IMG/VR virus record: IMGVR_UViG_3300036406_001093
Span: 1 to 57,536 of that record
Length of the DNA: 57,536 nt
Origin: a virus
Taxonomy: Duplodnaviria; Caudoviricetes
Strand: one strand, 5' to 3'
The notes beneath the pieces were generated by a model. That model was given only the letters and a program-made list of their open reading frames with translations, did no database searches and was not told the DNA's origin. Both the position numbers and the translations under genes were made by a program. Positions 17,965 through 26,795 of the stretch are shown here, in pieces. Each line of letters opens with the position of its first letter. Position 1 is the first letter of the stretch.

Positions 17965-18861
17965 ATGATCGCGATCAACACCACCACCGGCCCGGTCCCC
18001 TTGATCGAGCCGGCGGGCGACGAGTTTCAGGTCGGCGAGATCCTCACGACGAACGCCAAACTGGAAAAGGCACCCGACGGCGACGAGATCATGGTTCGCG
18101 GCGTCAGCATGGCACCGGCGAAGCGTAGCGGCGTCGGCAACGTCTGCCTGTTCGCGACCCGGGCCTGCATCATGGCGTGCGTGCTCTGGTTCGGCGGTCG
18201 CACTGTCACTGAGTCTGTGCGTCACGCTGCCATCGCCCGGACGCTGCTGTTTTTCCTGCACCCCAACGTGTTCTTCGCCCGCCTCGACCGCGAACTGCGG
18301 AAGTGGCTGCGGGCGGCCGAGAAGGCTGGCGTGCGGTTGTACGTTCGCCTCAACACGGCGTCGGACATCAACTACGCCCCGTGGTTCATGTGGCAGTACC
18401 CCGGCTGCACCTTCTACGACTACACGAAGGACTACGACCGGGCCTTGGCGTACGGTCGCGGGCTGCTGGCCGACAACTACCACGTCTCGTTCAGCGTGAG
18501 CGAATCCACGACGTGGGAGCAGGTCGCCACGCTCCACGCCCTCGGCGTCAACCTTGTCGTGCCCGTGTCGTCGCACTACGTGCCGCAGGAGCACCAGTAC
18601 GGCTACCTGCCCGAGCAGATCGTGTTTGTCGGCCCCGGCGGCGAGCGGATCACCACCGTCTGCCGCGACGGCGACAAGAGCGATCCCCGCGTGCCGGAGT
18701 ACGACGGCCGCGGCGTGAGCGTGGGCCTGCGTGGCAAGGGAACCAACGCCGCGAAGGCTGCCGCGAACGAGCACGAGTTCTTCCGCCCCTTCGGTCTCGG
18801 CGACCAGTACTTCGCCGAGTTCCGCCAGAAGGGCACCTGCATCGTGCGGCTCGCCGCCTGA
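17965..18861 (+). CDS. Gp88-like phage protein with three-Cys motif
   Basis: NAKLEK, APA..SG..NVCx6Cx3C, RLNTASDI, FYDYTK, NYHVSFS.SE, DGD.SD.R, VGL..KG. Confidence 0.75.
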   Translation: MIAINTTTGPVPLIEPAGDEFQVGEILTTNAKLEKAPDGDEIMVRGVSMAPAKRSGVGNVCLFATRACIMACVLWFGGRTVTESVRHAAIARTLLFFLHPNVFFARLDRELRKWLRAAEKAGVRLYVRLNTASDINYAPWFMWQYPGCTFYDYTKDYDRALAYGRGLLADNYHVSFSVSESTTWEQVATLHALGVNLVVPVSSHYVPQEHQYGYLPEQIVFVGPGGERITTVCRDGDKSDPRVPEYDGRGVSVGLRGKGTNAAKAAANEHEFFRPFGLGDQYFAEFRQKGTCIVRLAA

Positions 18862-18938
18862 CCCCAACCCACAACCCAGTACTGCGGCCCCGCCGGGAGC
18901 GTTCCCGAGCGGGGCCGCGGTCGTTTCAGGAGCCCCCC

Positions 18939-19322
18939 ATGATCCGCGTTCGCTTCCATCTCGGTGCCGGTGCCCACTTCATGCACTGGCAGATCACGCA
19001 CCACGACGGCAGCGTGACCTACCACGACCCCGACGCCTGCACCCTCACCATCTGGCAGGGCAGGCTCCGCAACCAGCCCGCCGCTGCGGCCCGCATCCAC
19101 GCCGGTGCCAACAAGACCGTGTGTGCGTGGATCGAAGCCGAGCGGGTGGACGTTGACCCGGGCGTGTCGGGCGTGATGGGCGGTGCCCACGCTTCCTACA
19201 ACCCGCGGGTCGCACCTCACTGGGTGATCAACGGACAGAACTCGGACGGTCGCAGGTTCCCGGTGCTCACCACCGCAGGGAGCCGCGTGTTCGTGCCCGA
19301 GATGCAGGCGATCGGCTTGTAG
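18939..19322 (+). CDS. Hypothetical protein
   Basis: AGGAG RBS; RFHLG.G..FMHWQI...KTVCAWIE...YNPR..PHW. Confidence 0.75.
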   Translation: MIRVRFHLGAGAHFMHWQITHHDGSVTYHDPDACTLTIWQGRLRNQPAAAARIHAGANKTVCAWIEAERVDVDPGVSGVMGGAHASYNPRVAPHWVINGQNSDGRRFPVLTTAGSRVFVPEMQAIGL

Positions 19323-19333
19323 TTCTGGATCGA

Positions 19334-19594
19334 CAACCTCAACACGAAAGGACGATGACGATGAGCAAGCGTCGAGTGCCCCTGTCCCCCCGTGTCACGC
19401 GGCACGCCGCCGTGGCGTGGCAGATCGGTGACATCAAGTCGCTCCGCCCGGAGTGGAGCGACGAGCAGTGCGTCGAGTTCATGCGTGAGAACGCGAAGCA
19501 CATTCAGGATGCGATGGTGCAGGCCGGATGGACTGCCATCGAAAGCCTGCTGCCCCCGAAGAACTGACCCCAACCTCAACACGAAAGGACGATG
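19334..19594 (+). repeat. 24-bp direct repeat CAACCTCAACACGAAAGGACGATG (19334-19357, 19571-19594)
   Basis: Identical copies, each carrying an RBS, in front of two consecutive genes. Confidence 0.9.
19355..19567 (+). CDS. Small hypothetical protein
   Basis: 70 aa; W...DI...RP.WS.E. Confidence 0.75.
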   Translation: MTMSKRRVPLSPRVTRHAAVAWQIGDIKSLRPEWSDEQCVEFMRENAKHIQDAMVQAGWTAIESLLPPKN

Positions 19595-19596
19595 CG

Positions 19597-20001
19597 ATGA
19601 CCATGCGATTTGAAGGCAAGTTCCAGTGCAACCCGCAGCCCGGCGACTTCCTGACCCTGAACGTCGGCAGCGTCGAGGTGCGGGCCACCATCAAGCACGA
19701 CGGCCACTCCCGGCCATCGGACTACGAGTGCTACACGCCAGCCGACTGCGAGTCGTGGAGGCAGGGCGAGTGGTACTTCTGCGGCGTCGTGATCTCCGTG
19801 CGTGCCAACGGCCGCTCGGTGGACGAGCACCACGAATCCCTGTGGGGCATCGACGTCAACAACTCGGGCGACTACATCACCGAGATCGCCAACGACATGG
19901 CGAAGCGTGTCGATCTGACCGACATCGCACTGCGTCTCGACGAGTGCTCGCGATCCCTGCGTAACGCACGGGACTCGATGCTGCTCGGCTTGCCAGTCTG
20001 A
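19597..20001 (+). CDS. Hypothetical protein
   Basis: W..GEW.FCGV..V...SLWGID motif; RBS inside the repeat. Confidence 0.75.
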   Translation: MTMRFEGKFQCNPQPGDFLTLNVGSVEVRATIKHDGHSRPSDYECYTPADCESWRQGEWYFCGVVISVRANGRSVDEHHESLWGIDVNNSGDYITEIANDMAKRVDLTDIALRLDECSRSLRNARDSMLLGLPV

Positions 20002-20086
20002 CCCCGGCCCGTGGTCGGCAGCCCTCCGCGTGGCGGGCTGCCATCCGTGGATCGTGGATCGATTGAACCTACCGGAGTACTGAATC

Positions 20087-20563
20087 ATGGCTGACATGCG
20101 ATGGACGATGGGCGGCGTTAGCAGCGATGGCGTTGCCATCCGAAGCGAGGATCGGAGCGTCGTCTGGGTCGAGCGGATCGACGGCTGCGGAGACGGCACA
20201 TACCGCACCACCGACGAGCAGTGGCAGTCCATCGTGGACTGCATCGCTGCCGCACCGGAGATGCTCGCCACTCTGCGTGACCTGAGTCGCGAGATCAGGG
20301 CGGGCTCGATCCTCGACGCCGGGAGCATCGGGGACTGGGGCAGGTACATCGACGAGGTCATCGCCAAGGCCGAGCCGCCCCGCAAGGTGAAGCACACCGT
20401 GCATGTGACGGTGCAGGTCGAGGTCGAAACGACCCCGTGCTCGGCGTCCGACCCCGGCAACGTCTGCATGGCCGCCGTCGATGCGGTGCGTGACGGCGAG
20501 GGCACCGTCATCCACCACGAGATCGTGACCGAGCGGACGCGAGGCGTGCCGGGGCGGTGCTGA
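20087..20563 (+). CDS. Hypothetical protein (IAAAPEML..L type)
   Basis: GGAG RBS; common phage early-protein motif. Confidence 0.75.
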   Translation: MADMRWTMGGVSSDGVAIRSEDRSVVWVERIDGCGDGTYRTTDEQWQSIVDCIAAAPEMLATLRDLSREIRAGSILDAGSIGDWGRYIDEVIAKAEPPRKVKHTVHVTVQVEVETTPCSASDPGNVCMAAVDAVRDGEGTVIHHEIVTERTRGVPGRC

Positions 20564-20648
20564 TCGGCTTGTAGTTCCAGACACACAGACCACGACCCCG
20601 GCAGGTGCGTTGCCTGACCGGGGTCGTGGTGTTTCGGGAGGACGATCG

Positions 20649-20972
20649 ATGCTGCGAAAGAGCAGGGCCGTGGAGAACGAGCGGCTGGGCGGGATGAAGG
20701 GCGAGCAGTGGTGCCGGGTCAACGTGCGGGGCATCAACCCGTACACCATCGACCGGGTGGTCGGCACCTTCACCACGGAGTTCTCTCGCACTGGGCGGAG
20801 CCTGCCCATCGGCGAGTACTCCACCGTGGAGGTGCGGGCGTACGACGTTCGGTGCCCGGACGGCACCACGTTCCGGTTCGCCCGGCTGAAGGACGCGAAG
20901 ACGTTCATCGTGTACGAGAGCAACGGCCTCCTCATCCCGGCAGCCCTCGCTGCTGGCCTGAAGGTGCGTTGA
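20649..20972 (+). CDS. Hypothetical protein
   Basis: GGAGG RBS after a hairpin. Confidence 0.7.
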   Translation: MLRKSRAVENERLGGMKGEQWCRVNVRGINPYTIDRVVGTFTTEFSRTGRSLPIGEYSTVEVRAYDVRCPDGTTFRFARLKDAKTFIVYESNGLLIPAALAAGLKVR

Positions 20973-21280
20973 TGCGAACCGTCACGGAGGACGAGTACCG
21001 GGTGAGCAAGCGAGTCGTGCTCCGCCCGGGCGTGAAGTTCAGGGCAGGCGGCGGGCCGTACTACCGCCTGTCCGATGGCACGAAGGTGAGCCTCGCTGCG
21101 GCGGGCCCCTTCACTTTCGTCCGCTGCCACAGGCGGGGGAAGTACGTGCTGATCGAGGCACTCGACAGGAATGGGTGCTTCGCCCCGCTCCATGTGGCAG
21201 GCCGACGGGCAAGGATCACGCCCGCACTCGTGCCTCGTCCCTATGTGATCCGTTCCACGGTGAGGAGGAAGGAATCGTGA
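20972..21280 (+). CDS. Basic hypothetical protein
   Basis: TGATG coupling, 102 aa. Confidence 0.7.
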   Translation: MRTVTEDEYRVSKRVVLRPGVKFRAGGGPYYRLSDGTKVSLAAAGPFTFVRCHRRGKYVLIEALDRNGCFAPLHVAGRRARITPALVPRPYVIRSTVRRKES

Positions 21281-21657
21281 AGGCCGCGAAGAAAGTGGAT
21301 CTCCGCCCCATCCGGGCTGCGTTCCGTGAGTTGATGAAGTACGGCATCCTCTGTGAGGGTGGCCGGTGGACGTGCTGCCAGTCGTGCGGACAGCACGACA
21401 TGCAGTTGCGGTGGGACAAGGCGGCCGAGGACGAGAAGCCTCTCGGCTACGCCTTCTGGCACGTTCAGGACGACGACCTGCTGCGTGAGACCGGCGAACT
21501 GTGGCTGTCGTTCAATGCCTTCGATCAGGGCGACTCCCGGTTCGTGGGCAACCTCGTCGTCGGCGTGCTGAAGAAGCACGGCGTGCGGGCACGGTGGAAG
21601 GGTGACGTCCGCACCCGGATCGAGTGCATCCTCGTGAAGAAGGGAGGTGCGAAGTGA
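21277..21657 (+). CDS. CCxxCG-motif protein (DUF6891-like)
   Basis: AF.EL...GI...TCCQSCG...FWHVQD...L..HG...W.GD...RI. Confidence 0.55.
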   Translation: MKAAKKVDLRPIRAAFRELMKYGILCEGGRWTCCQSCGQHDMQLRWDKAAEDEKPLGYAFWHVQDDDLLRETGELWLSFNAFDQGDSRFVGNLVVGVLKKHGVRARWKGDVRTRIECILVKKGGAK

Positions 21658-21728
21658 GGGACGAGCAATGGATGCTCGTGATCGAGGTGATCCGCGTGAT
21701 CATCGAGATCATCCGGCACGGAGGCTGA
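21654..21728 (+). CDS. 24-aa hydrophobic microprotein
   Basis: GGAGG RBS, GTGA coupling, MRDEQWMLVIEVIRVIIEIIRHGG. Confidence 0.5.
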   Translation: MRDEQWMLVIEVIRVIIEIIRHGG

Positions 21729-21800
21729 CCGGCTTGTAGTTCCGAGGCACGGCGACGGCCACGGGGGGAGCGTTTCCCTCCGTGGCCGCCGTGCTTTCCG

Positions 21801-21832
21801 GGCAGTGTACATATTGACACTGCCAGTACGAT
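21801..21832 (+). promoter_or_regulatory. Inverted repeat GGCAGTGT-N8-ACACTGCC overlapping TTGACA, with TACGAT just downstream (operator/promoter)
   Basis: Read directly; upstream of the 21861-27577 cluster. Confidence 0.5.
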
Positions 21833-21860
21833 GGATGAATCCACAAGGAAGGACTGACAG

Positions 21861-22742
21861 ATGATCGCAACCAATCTCCCCTCGACTGCCGAGGGTGCTC
21901 TCGTTTGGACGAACCACGCCGGCCGGTGCCGGGTGAACGTGGTTCGCTCCGTGTTCAACGCCCTCGGGCTGGCGAAGTGCCTGCCCCGCAGGGAGAAGCG
22001 AGCCATCGCCCTGCGACTGGCGATCAAGGCGTGGCTGATCGCACGGTACGGGAAGAAGGACTCCCGCACCATGAAGTTGTACCCGCTCGACCGCCGGGTG
22101 CTCGGCTTCGAGGTGCGGCGGAAGATCGACGGCACCGAGCAGAACGACCACCCGTACGTCTGCACCGTGAAGGCCGACGACCGCGGGGCGTACGTCACGT
22201 ACGCCGGTGCGGCTGGCCCGCAGCAGGAGACCGACGACGTGACCCGCATCTACCTCGACCGCGTCGAGTGGTACTGCGGCACGACGGTGGGCTCGCTGAT
22301 CAAGCGTGCCATCACCGAGAAGTGGATGGGCACCAGCCTCAAGTCCAACGGCGGCCTGTTCTTCCTGCCCGGCCAGTACATCGCCAACTACCGGGCGTTG
22401 GCCGACGGGCTGGAGCGTGGGCCCGCCAACCCGGACAGCGAGTGCGTGCTGACCATCGCCACGTTCGACGTCAGGTCGAACCCGGGCGTGGCCCGTGACG
22501 CGATGGTCTCGCTGCGGCAGGAGATCAGGACGGCGACCGACGAGATCAACGCAGACCTCGTCGGTGCCCACGAGATGACCGAGTCGGGCATTGCCAACCG
22601 CAAGGCCCGGCTGGCACGGCTGCTCGCACAGGCGGCGGAGTACTCCGCCCTGTTCGAGACCGGCCTCGATGACCTGAAGTCCATGGTCGAGGGCACGCAG
22701 AACGCCCTCGCCATGGCCGAGTTGGCCGAGGCTTCGGCCTGA
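21861..22742 (+). CDS. Hypothetical protein preceding the AAA/vWA module
   Basis: 293 aa; GG..F.P motif and C-terminal coiled coil. Confidence 0.75.
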   Translation: MIATNLPSTAEGALVWTNHAGRCRVNVVRSVFNALGLAKCLPRREKRAIALRLAIKAWLIARYGKKDSRTMKLYPLDRRVLGFEVRRKIDGTEQNDHPYVCTVKADDRGAYVTYAGAAGPQQETDDVTRIYLDRVEWYCGTTVGSLIKRAITEKWMGTSLKSNGGLFFLPGQYIANYRALADGLERGPANPDSECVLTIATFDVRSNPGVARDAMVSLRQEIRTATDEINADLVGAHEMTESGIANRKARLARLLAQAAEYSALFETGLDDLKSMVEGTQNALAMAELAEASA

Positions 22743-22836
22743 CCGGCTTGTAGTTCTGAGCGATCTCGATGCGGGCGGCGGGCACTGTGCTCGCCGCCCG
22801 CCCCGTTTCACACCCCGAGTTCAGGAGGACTCTTCG

Positions 22837-23955
22837 ATGTTCAGTCACCCCATGTGGTTCGCGTTCGTTGTCATGCAGACCATGATCCCCACCCTGCTGA
22901 TCGGCCCGCCGGGCTGCGGCAAGACGGCCTCGATCATGGCCCTCTCCCACGCCATCAAGCGGCGGTTCGTTCCGCTGATCGGCAGCCAGTGCTCGCCCGA
23001 GGACGTGTCCGGCCTGCCCGTGCCGGACATGGTGAAGTTCCTGTGTCGCATGATGCCCATGTCGTGGTCCGAGGCGCTGCTCACCCCGGGTGGGCTGCTC
23101 GCCCTCGACGAGTTCGGCAACACGCCCCCGTCGGTGCATGCCTCGCTGCTCACCGTGATTCAGGACAAGAGGGTCGGCGACCTGACCCTCGATCTGGACA
23201 CGATGATCGTGGCGATGATGAACCCGCCGGAGCAGTCGCCCAACGGCACGCCGCTGTCGCTGCCCACTGCCAATCGGTTCTTCATCACCGAGTGGAAGAA
23301 CGACACGGCAGCGTGGATCGACGGGCTCGCAGCCGGGTGCGAGTGGGCTGCCCCGCAGATGCCCATCCTGCCCGACGACTGGAAGACTCGCGTCCCCCGG
23401 TGGGGTGCGCTGCTCGCCACCTATCACCGCCGGTTCCCCGGCCGTGACAACGTGCTGCCGAAGGACGACACGATCCTCCGCTACCCGACCGAGCGGTCGT
23501 GGAGGAACGCCGTTCACTGCCTCGCTGCTGGCGAGGCTGCGGGTGCGGACATGTGGACCGACCAGTCCAACGTCCGGCTCATGGCAGCCGGGTGCGTCGG
23601 TGATCAGGCGGCCGACGAGTTCTGCGAGTGGAAGAGCACGTTCGACGTGGCCGATCCGCTCGACATCCTCGACGGCAAGGTGACGTTCAAGCACCGCGAC
23701 GAGCGGCCGGACATCACGATGACCGTGCTCGCTGCTCTCGCCTCGACGGTGAGCACCGAGTCCACGTTCACGCCGGACCGCTGGGATGCGGCGGCCATGA
23801 TCTTCGGTGAGGTCGGCAAGACCAGCCACCCGGAGATGGCGCTCCGCTACACGCGGCTGCTGCTCGATGCGACGGCGAAGTTCAAGCACGCCCCGTCGGC
23901 GAAGGTGCTCAAGCCCCTCGTCGAAATGAACGCGGCGATGAAGGTGGCCGGCTGA
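22837..23955 (+). CDS. MoxR-like AAA+ ATPase
   Basis: GPPGCGKT, LALDE, AMMNP, ANRF, YPTERSW. Confidence 0.9.
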   Translation: MFSHPMWFAFVVMQTMIPTLLIGPPGCGKTASIMALSHAIKRRFVPLIGSQCSPEDVSGLPVPDMVKFLCRMMPMSWSEALLTPGGLLALDEFGNTPPSVHASLLTVIQDKRVGDLTLDLDTMIVAMMNPPEQSPNGTPLSLPTANRFFITEWKNDTAAWIDGLAAGCEWAAPQMPILPDDWKTRVPRWGALLATYHRRFPGRDNVLPKDDTILRYPTERSWRNAVHCLAAGEAAGADMWTDQSNVRLMAAGCVGDQAADEFCEWKSTFDVADPLDILDGKVTFKHRDERPDITMTVLAALASTVSTESTFTPDRWDAAAMIFGEVGKTSHPEMALRYTRLLLDATAKFKHAPSAKVLKPLVEMNAAMKVAG

Positions 23956-24026
23956 CTGTTTCGGGAGGGGCGGCTCGTCACGGTGGCGGGCCGCCCCATC
24001 CCGACCAACACACAAGGGACACAGCG

Positions 24027-25643
24027 ATGGACGCGATGCGAGCGAAGGTTGCCCAGTTCAGGACGGCGGTGAAGAAGATCCTCCCGTACTTCACGGGCGA
24101 GGTCTACGGCATGATCGCCATCGAGGAGAAGCGCGTCGGCACGATGGCGGTCGACGAGCAGGGGCGGATGTACTACGCCCCCGAGTTCGTGCGTCGGTGC
24201 TCGATCGAGCAGGGCCGGTTCACTGTCTGCCACGAGACGCTGCACGTTGCGCTCGGCCATGCTCGGCTGGCCCGCAAGATTCTCGGCGACAACCCGACGC
24301 AGTCCATGCTCAAGGCGTGGAACTACGCCGCCGACTGCGTGGTCAACCAGATTCTCGGTGCGTACCTGCACGAGGCCCCGGGCGAGGACGTGCTCGGCCC
24401 GGGTGCCACGATCGTGACGCACCAGACGCTCGGCCTGCCGCCGCGGCTGACCATCACGCAGTACTACGACCTGCTCTGCAAGCAGGAGGAGCAGCAGCAG
24501 GAAGAGCGCCGCCAGAAGCAGCGGCAGCAGCAGAAGGACAACGACCCGGACCAGCGTGGCGAGGGCGAGGACGATGACACGGAGGACGACGAAGATGAAG
24601 ACGTGGAAGGGTCTGGTGAAGGTGAGCCTGATGATCGGGACGGCGAACCTGACGAGCAGGGAGGTGGTGATGGTGGGGAACAGGACGTTCCTCACGATCC
24701 TTCTGAGGGCGATGGCGAGGGTGGCGAAGAGGACGAAGGCGACGACGACGGTGAAGGTGAAGGTGGCGCTCGTCCCGGCGAAGGAGGTGCCGAACGGGAC
24801 GGTGGTGCTGATCGCCCGTCGCAAGATGGCGGCGAGGATTCGTCGGACGCTGAAGGCGAAGGGTGCGACGGCGACCCGGCCGACGACGGTGGGGACGGGT
24901 CGTGGTCTCCGACTGGCGGCAGCGGCGCTGACGGAGTGCCTCGCGGATACGAGGCCGAGCGAGACCCCTCGTGGGCTGACCGCGAGTACTCGCTCGCCAA
25001 GCAACTCGAAGCCGCCATCGAGGAAGCCGAGCGCTCGTCGCCGGGCTCCGTCCCGGGCGAGTTGAAGGCGGCGGTCGGCCTCCGGCTACGGCCACAGCCT
25101 GACCCGTACGACGCTCTGCGTGCGTCCGTGGCTCGGGCTGTGGCCTCGCCGGTCGGTGCCCCCGACTTCACGCTGAAGCGGTTCAGCCGCAGGCAGCAGC
25201 CGGGCATGCCGCGCCTGCGTGGCGTGAACAAACTCACGCCCAACGTCGTGGTCCTGCTCGACACGAGCGGGTCGATGGGCTTCGGCTGCCCGGGCTACGA
25301 GCGAGCGGAGCGTGCCCTCGACGTGATCGCGAAGGGCATACGGAAGTTGAAGTCCGTGCGTGTCATCTGCTGGGACACGCAGAAGCACAGTGCCCGCATG
25401 GTGCAGTCCATGCAGGGCTTCGAGGTGCAGGGTGGTGGCGGCACCGACATGGGGCAGGCCATCGAGACGATCGACAAGGAACTCCGGCCCGACGCCATCC
25501 TGATGGTGACGGACTTGGAGACCGGCTGGTGTGAGCGGAAGCCTCGGGCCCGTGTCGTGATCGCTGCGACCGAGGCGCCGAGCGAGTACTACCCGACCCC
25601 AACGTGGGCGACGGTGATCGATCTGACGAAGGGAGGTGCGTGA
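24027..25643 (+). CDS. Metallopeptidase-vWA protein (DUF2201-like)
   Basis: HETLH + WNYAADCVVN, long acidic linker, MIDAS DTSGSM, GGGGTD, VTD. Confidence 0.88.
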   Translation: MDAMRAKVAQFRTAVKKILPYFTGEVYGMIAIEEKRVGTMAVDEQGRMYYAPEFVRRCSIEQGRFTVCHETLHVALGHARLARKILGDNPTQSMLKAWNYAADCVVNQILGAYLHEAPGEDVLGPGATIVTHQTLGLPPRLTITQYYDLLCKQEEQQQEERRQKQRQQQKDNDPDQRGEGEDDDTEDDEDEDVEGSGEGEPDDRDGEPDEQGGGDGGEQDVPHDPSEGDGEGGEEDEGDDDGEGEGGARPGEGGAERDGGADRPSQDGGEDSSDAEGEGCDGDPADDGGDGSWSPTGGSGADGVPRGYEAERDPSWADREYSLAKQLEAAIEEAERSSPGSVPGELKAAVGLRLRPQPDPYDALRASVARAVASPVGAPDFTLKRFSRRQQPGMPRLRGVNKLTPNVVVLLDTSGSMGFGCPGYERAERALDVIAKGIRKLKSVRVICWDTQKHSARMVQSMQGFEVQGGGGTDMGQAIETIDKELRPDAILMVTDLETGWCERKPRARVVIAATEAPSEYYPTPTWATVIDLTKGGA

Positions 25644-26317
25644 TGAAGTTGCGTAAGTCGACGAAGGAGTCGTGGCTGATGCGGGTGCTGATGGACCGGA
25701 AGGCCCGGTCCCTGCCGTACGTCGGAGGCATAGACCTCATGCCCATGGGCCGCACGCTGCTGCGGAAGTGGGCCGACGAGCACTGCGGCAGGTACGGGAA
25801 ACTCACGCCGGAACATGCGGTCCGACTGCACGATCGGCTTGTAGTTATGGCGAAGGACATCGACGGTGCGGTCGTCGAGTGCGGCATGGTTCGTGGCCCG
25901 GCGTGGCGGCGCGGATACCTGTGGGCCTACGGTGCCATCGCCGTGCTCGACGAGTACGGCCGGGCGACCAGCGGGTCGGTGCTGATCCCCGGTGCCTCGG
26001 CCGTGCCGTACTACGTGCGCCGCAGCCTGACCAGTCCGAGGCAGTACCACCGCAGCATCCGCCTGTGGGATGACCTGTGCCCGGTGATCGAGGACATCGC
26101 GTCCCCGGAGACCGTCACCCTCAACCGGAATCAGGTCGCCCGCAAGGACGACGTGAGACCCGGCGACTGCTATCTCTACGACCTGACCCGGGCACACTCG
26201 CCCCGGGTGGTCGTGGAGAACTTGTACTTCGGCCGGGCCTGTCGGTTCGGCCTGCTCGACGAGATGATTGATACGGCACGGTGCCGTATCGTGTTCGGTT
26301 CACTCGCTTCTGCATGA
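25643..26317 (+). CDS. Hypothetical protein
   Basis: TGATG coupling with GGAGG. Confidence 0.65.
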   Translation: MKLRKSTKESWLMRVLMDRKARSLPYVGGIDLMPMGRTLLRKWADEHCGRYGKLTPEHAVRLHDRLVVMAKDIDGAVVECGMVRGPAWRRGYLWAYGAIAVLDEYGRATSGSVLIPGASAVPYYVRRSLTSPRQYHRSIRLWDDLCPVIEDIASPETVTLNRNQVARKDDVRPGDCYLYDLTRAHSPRVVVENLYFGRACRFGLLDEMIDTARCRIVFGSLASA

Positions 26318-26427
26318 GGTGCTTCGTGTACGACTACCACCCGTCGGTGGCCGAGATACTCGGCAACTGGATGATCCTGCTCGTCTCGCTTTCGTTCATC
26401 TTCTCCCTCAACCGGATGAGGTTCTAA
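26314..26427 (+). CDS. 37-aa membrane peptide
   Basis: ATGA coupling; MRCFVYDYHPSVAEILGNWMILLVSLSFIFSLNRMRF. Confidence 0.45.
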   Translation: MRCFVYDYHPSVAEILGNWMILLVSLSFIFSLNRMRF

Positions 26428-26429
26428 CC

Positions 26430-26795
26430 ATGACCGGCTACTACTGGCTGCTGTGCATTCCCGAGGACGAGAAGCCAGCGATCAAGCGAACGCTGCACGC
26501 CACGGGCGAAGAGGCACTGGCCCTCGCCCTGAAGTACGTGCGTCGTTCGGGACGAAAGCGATTCAAGAAGTACGGGGCGACCTGCCCGGCGCTGATCTAC
26601 AAGGTGACCGTCGAGGGCAGGACCGCCAGCGATATCGCCTACGAGGCGGCGATGTACGAGGCTGTGCGTCGATCGCTCGCCTACCCCAAGGCGAGCAGGG
26701 AGATCGACCGAGTGTTGCAGAACCAAGCGGACGCCTTGTGGCTCCACTTCCTGCGCCACCCAAAGAAGAAGGCCCCACCACCGGAGGACGAGTGA
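26430..26795 (+). CDS. Hypothetical protein
   Basis: MTGYYWLL..., coupled to the recombinase start. Confidence 0.6.
   Translation: MTGYYWLLCIPEDEKPAIKRTLHATGEEALALALKYVRRSGRKRFKKYGATCPALIYKVTVEGRTASDIAYEAAMYEAVRRSLAYPKASREIDRVLQNQADALWLHFLRHPKKKAPPPEDE

Larger units (their letters stand above)
17902..21794 (+). repeat. Family of GCGT(T)-loop hairpins (17902-17946, 18882-18920, 20017-20042, 20589-20630, 21747-21794)
   Basis: Stems differ in sequence but pair; loop conserved; all intergenic. Confidence 0.8.
17868..25845 (+). repeat. Dispersed 15-bp motif GAYCGGCTTGTAGTT, 6 copies (17868, 19310, 20562, 21727, 22741, 25832)
   Basis: Read directly; same orientation; five overlap stop codons, one is intragenic. 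Confidence 0.93.

Noticed and set aside
17868-25846. CRISPR array from the 15-bp repeats
   Set aside because: Repeats are short, 1-3 kb apart, separated by whole genes; no cas genes
25845-25852. CGCCATAA on the minus strand
   Set aside because: Intragenic, antisense, abuts an early-motif copy; no downstream gene
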